DNA of 56,236 nt, counting the filler, from Bipalium vagum (taxonomy: Eukaryota): the NCBI GenBank assembly GCA_037834085.1. It is 3 parts of 3 records of this genome, joined end to end, with 100 filler letters (N's around TTAATTAATTAA, not from the genome) between each part and the next. Parts side by side here need not be neighbours in the genome. Positions count along the whole stretch, not along the records: positions 38,734 to 56,236 come from JBBMKC010057783.1; 2 more parts are not named here. One strand, written 5' to 3'. Shown here in pieces: positions 51,371 to 56,236 of this stretch. The translations under genes were made by a program, and so were the position numbers. Positions within the stretch are counted from its first letter, which is position 1. Each line of letters starts with the position of its first letter. Under the pieces are notes generated by a model that was given only the letters and a program-made list of their open reading frames with translations, did not search any database and was not told the DNA's origin.

Positions 51371-52852
51371 ATGAGTTTAAAGTTAAAGTAAGATTTTTAA
51401 AAATTTTATTTAAAATGAAAAATTATAACAAAAAAGTTTAAAGTACTTTTCCTTCTTTCAACTTGGATATATAGGGTTGCTATTTTCGATTTACATTCAT
51501 CCCTATAATGAGATTAAATGAGGTTATTATTATGGTGGAATATAAAAAATAATCGAAGAAAGTAAGAATATCAAAACAATAAAAGAAAAGCCATAGAAAG
51601 TCTCGATGTAATAATCAATAGGTGGTTTCAGTAGAAGCATGTTTTACTATCCGCAGGTGATCCCATGAGTAGTAAACGAAAACAGAGAAGATATCCCTTA
51701 TCAAAATTACTTTACCGAAAGATTCAAGAAATCTGTTCGATCTGTTGATACAGTACTTACCAGAGCTGGATCATTACTTCTTCTCTGCCTCAATGAAATT
51801 GGATTTATCAGTTTTAATTAACTTTATTACTGTCTCTTCTCAGAATGAGTTAATCTAGAGAGAAGAAAGTTGTGCGATTTCTGAATAGATATTACATTTT
51901 ATCAACATAATCTTCATATCTCCAATCAATTATATATATCCTAAATATTTGTGTCAGATAGTAATAATAAAGGGCCTACTGACAACATATAATCCACCCC
52001 TCTAATAATAATATTATTATTATACTCAATTTCAATAACCCACCATTAAAACATTACAACTGAAACATTGAGATTATCAAATATATTTGATCGAATTGCA
52101 CTAAATAAATATATTTATATGGAAAGAATCTAGAGATGTCACGAGCTGATGTGGGTTGTATTCTCACAAAATACTTTCCCACCGAACCTTTGTAAAAATA
52201 TTCAAATATAATATAGATCAAAAGAAGAGATAAAAGACAAATCTTAAGAATTTTATAGAGGATCTCGATTTCTATCTAGTGCGCCTTACAACGGGACGCA
52301 TGACTAAATGTTGTCATGGTCTGTCATTTGATATCTCTTGTGGAAACAACTTGTCAATGAAGATACATTATAACGATAATTTCATTAATGTTGTCCTGTA
52401 AAAAATACCGATCTGTTTTATTACGTTTATCAATTTACATTTATATTTGCCAAAAAATAAATAAAATGAAATTCTTTCAGATTTTATCACTGTAATTATT
52501 CTTCAAGAGTAAAATTTCAAATAATAAAGGGAAAAATGAATTGTGAAAATATAAGTTGAAGCATAAATATAATTTTGTTTTAATTTTTACATTTTTTAAT
52601 ATTTTCAAAATTATATTTTTTAAAATAGAGAGTTGGATATATCAATAATTTCTGGGACTAAAAATGAATCTAAAAAATTTTTTTAAAAAATTTCCCCCAA
52701 AATATTATTTTTTAAAAATACAAAAATAATTTTTTTTCATTAAAATCGTATTTTAATACTAACACAAGAACGACGAATTATATTTATTATTATATTGAGT
52801 TAAAGCATCCATAATAGTTTCAAAACTGAAAGGAAACAATATAGATTGTCTA

Positions 52853-53427
52853 TTAGGTTGTCAAAAGTGTTTAAATGTTTGCCATTCATTTTATTTTCTA
52901 AAATCAGGTATCAATTAGTTTATCTGAATAATAAATATTAATTATATATTAATGGGAAGATTAATAGAAGATACCGGGATTCGAACCCGGAACCCTTCAC
53001 AAGAATAAAGACTGCTCTGACCGCTGAGCTACATCCACCGATTAATTTTCAATTTATCTCGCATCCCCCCCTTTAGAGCTCACATCCATATCCTTAACCG
53101 TCCCGAGTCTCTTACTTCCATTTCTTTCACATTCCTTTACTTTTCGACATTCTAGAACTTGTCCGCTGGTTGGTGTCCTGGTGTGGTCACAATGTTAATC
53201 TGTTCAGTATTATCGAGAAGAAATTCCATAATAAAAAAAATATATCTAAAAACCCAATCTTTTGTTCCTGTGCTGATTATTTAAACAATAATCATTCATA
53301 AATTTAATTATTTCCTTTACATAGTACTGTCCTTTTCAAAATTCTGCTGCCAAATAAATTATGTTGATTAATTCAAACAAAAATATTTTTCCAGTTTAAT
53401 AACGACATTAATTTTTTGACAACCTAA
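52853..53427. mobile_element. Mariner-type non-autonomous element (MITE), 575 bp
   Basis: TA-TTAGGTTGTCAAAA (52851-52866) and TTTTGACAACCTAA-TA (53414-53429): 14-bp perfect TIR with TA flanks. Confidence 0.75.
52967..53038 (-). pseudogene. tRNA-Ala-like pseudogene / tRNA-derived repeat, 72 nt
   Basis: GTGGATG-TA-GCTC-AGCGGTCA-GAGC...CCGGG-TTCGAAT-CCCGG-TATCTTC. D and T arms and A/B boxes are intact and the acceptor stem mostly pairs, but the anticodon stem does not pair. Confidence 0.75.
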
Positions 53428-55553
53428 TATTAGATTCCAGCCATTCAATACAATTTTACTTTAATAGAATCTTTCTATGTCTGAAGTACTATTTTGGAAT
53501 ATCTGAAAAATTATAAAATTTTAAAGCCAAAATGTTTCGAAAATTTTTTATCAAATATATTAAAGTAATTTTCAAAAAAAATTTAAAGAAAAATTGGTTT
53601 TTAAAAAATGCATCAAAAATATAGTTCATATTTATAAAATTAAAAAGGACCATAATATTATCTAATAATAATATATTATTATTAGATCTAGGAAATTATC
53701 TGCTAAATAAAATAATATAAATAAATTTATGTAAAATATAAAATTATTAAAATTTAATAAAATTCCTACTTATTTTTATGAAAATTTTTTAAAATTAATA
53801 CAAAAACTATTAGTAAAAATAAATGCACATATAAATTATAACGTCGCGGAATTAGTGGGAAAAAAGTTAAAGAATATTAATTTAATGAAAATGACGAAGG
53901 TATATATTGAGGTGATCATTGTATCATCTGGAATCGTTCATAATACTTTAGAATTTGATATTATAATGGGTCGTCGAAATAAATCCGGAACATTTTCAAA
54001 GTTATATGAAAAGGAAATCATTATAATCATTATAATTGTTTTTGTTTAAATAAACTAATTTATCAATAAAATAGATTAGCTAAACTTGAATTATTTAATA
54101 TTAATTTTGGATTAAGAATAGAAACGAAGAACGGCATTATTGTAGTCACTTTGAACCGGAATAAAGTCAAAAGAAATAATTCAATGGTTTATCAGTTGGT
54201 CAAAAGGTTTATTGAGACAAAGGACACAGTAAACGCCAAAATAAAATGTCACAATATATGATCTGACCGCAAAAGAAATGATAGAAAGCAGATAGGACAA
54301 GATAATGCCACCTCAATTTTCCAATTTGATCTCAAAGTGGATGACATATATCGTTGTGTTAGATAAGGTTGTAAAACCGTGGATGAACGAAATAATTAGT
54401 AGGTGACAATATTTTTTTCAGCAAGACTCTGATCTTACCCATAAACCTAGGTAAAAATAAGCATTGCTTTACGGAAATCTACCATACGTTGATCATCCGA
54501 TTTATATTCACCTCAGAGATTTGACTGTATCCTCTCTATTATTACCTATGGGGTGTAGTTGAGTCATAAGTTAATCAAAAACCTGCTAATTTTTATTGTA
54601 ATAAAATTAATAGTTTTTTATATGCACGTCCTTTTATTAAGATTATAGATTTTCTGGATTTATCTCCACGAAAATCTATAATTAATCTCTATTTTAAAAT
54701 ATTTTATACCTTTAAGTGATTTTACAATTTTTCATGTTTCTAATCATAGTTTGAAGGGGTCTTCGATGTCGTTGAAGCTTATGGGATTGATACAGTGAAA
54801 ATGGCATTCAAAAATATGAAGGTTTGGTTGTAAATGATCTTAACAATTTTACTATTCTTTTAAAAGATGGCAAAAAAGAAAATGAAAAAGAATGGATTTG
54901 AGTCGCCCAGTTGTTTAATGATCTTAACGGATGTTGATTTGCTTATTAAAAATAAAGAGACAAATGTAAAATATGTTTAAATCATGAAATCATTGACCAA
55001 CTTTCAGAAAGTTCTATTCAGCTGTAAGATAAACAACATCTCTTATGTTATGAGCAGTTTGTGCAGCAGCGTTTATATAGGAATCATTGTTAGCTACAGG
55101 GGTGAAGATAGCTACATCAGCAAATGCATAATACTGAAGTCTCAGTACAGGAAATCCAACCACATCGTATCAACAATCAGGGATAATTTGATGGTAAATA
55201 CTTTTAAATACATTTTTTGTTTTTTATATTATTAATATAAAATATAATATAATAATAATAATTAATAATAATAACTTATAATTTTTTTATAATGCAACTG
55301 GCCATAATTAAGAAGTTTTGCGAAAATATAATGTAGCATGTCATACAAAGAGCCCAGAGTTGCAAGGTTGCCAGAGGCGATCGTTTGAATGACATCTTTT
55401 TGAATTGTAAATGTTTGTACCGTCTGTATTTACATAAAATTATAAATTGAATTACTGAGCTTTTTAATTTATTTGTAGGGAGCAAAAACGAATGAAAGTA
55501 ATAAAGGTTCTTTTTATGGACGAATGATAAGTACACACCTGTTTAAATACATA

Positions 55554-56236
55554 CTGGGTGTTCAAGTTAAACGTTCATAAATAAAAGCGTAATATTTTTT
55601 ATGCTGTAAAGTTTTATTTAAAATAAATTTATTTGATCGAATAACCTTTATTGGGGATTTAGTAAATCCTACTTTATATATAAACTTATGTTGTTTAAAT
55701 GCATAAATAATGACAATAAATAAATGTACGTGTTTAAAATTAAATTAAATTTTTTGATATGTCTTACATATTATCAAAATCGGATAAAATTAGGCTGGTA
55801 GAGCTATTTTTTAAAACTGAGAGTTTCGCTGAAACTCAGAGAATATTTTCAACCGAAAAAAAATAAAACGAAAGAGTGACACGTCTTCAATACAGCAAAT
55901 AAGAAAAGTTATTTTTAAATTCCAGCAAACTGGTTGCATTAATAAAGATCACAATGTGCGATCTCCTAGAGCTTCAGAATAGAAAAGAAAGGATATTGAT
56001 ACTGTTTTACACCAGATGAAAGCAGAGGGAACATCTACGAGCATAAGGAAACTGATTTCTGCTTCAGGTTCCTCTATTGGATTAGTTCACACGTATCTCA
56101 GACGTGAATTGAAATTATTTCCCTATAAAGTTACAATTGGACAGTCTCTCTCAGACAATCATAAGTCAAATCGTTATGCCTTTTGCAAACGGATGCTGTC
56201 AAATATATCCAAGGATGATACATTTTTATCCCGAAT
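55554..56236 (+). mobile_element. Left part of a Tc1/mariner-superfamily (DUF4817-type) element running off the window
   Basis: TA-CTGGGTGTTCAAG end; ATG 55759 MSYILSKSDKIRLVELFFKTESFAETQRIF, frameshift in an A-run, then KFQQTG, STSIRKL, LRRELKLFPYKV and RYAFC. Confidence 0.8.

Noticed and set aside
52967-53038. Functional tRNA gene
   Set aside because: The anticodon stem cannot pair (GTCTT/GTGAA), it is embedded in a MITE, and a diverged partial copy lies nearby.

Overview
Very AT-rich eukaryotic (animal) genomic DNA. The 44-69 bp introns, orphan rhodopsin-type GPCR and dense Tc1/mariner debris are consistent with a freshwater planarian or similar flatworm (inference only). The window is three contigs joined by two artificial 100-bp linkers (N44-TTAATTAATTAA-N44), so adjacency across 21309-21408 and 38634-38733 may not be real. 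Four intact host genes were reconstructed, all on the minus strand: (1) a single-exon class A GPCR, 335 aa; (2) a 3-exon, ~561-aa Crypton-derived DUF3504 gene that has lost its tyrosine-recombinase catalytic residues; (3) a 4-exon, 212-aa ZFAND2B/AIRAPL; (4) a 3-exon, 632-aa highly divergent alpha-tubulin. The tubulin is the most striking item. It carries Ala at the catalytic GTPase-activating Glu254 position, lacks K40, and has its GEEY end motif buried ahead of a 172-aa extension. The rest is decayed transposons: one near-complete Tc1 with perfect 31-bp TIRs, many mariner and DUF4817-type remnants, MITEs, Penelope, Ty3/gypsy, BEL, RTE and hAT fragments, a possible zinc-finger plus tyrosine-recombinase relic, and tRNA-Ala-like repeats. 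All family calls come from motif recognition by eye; no searches were run.
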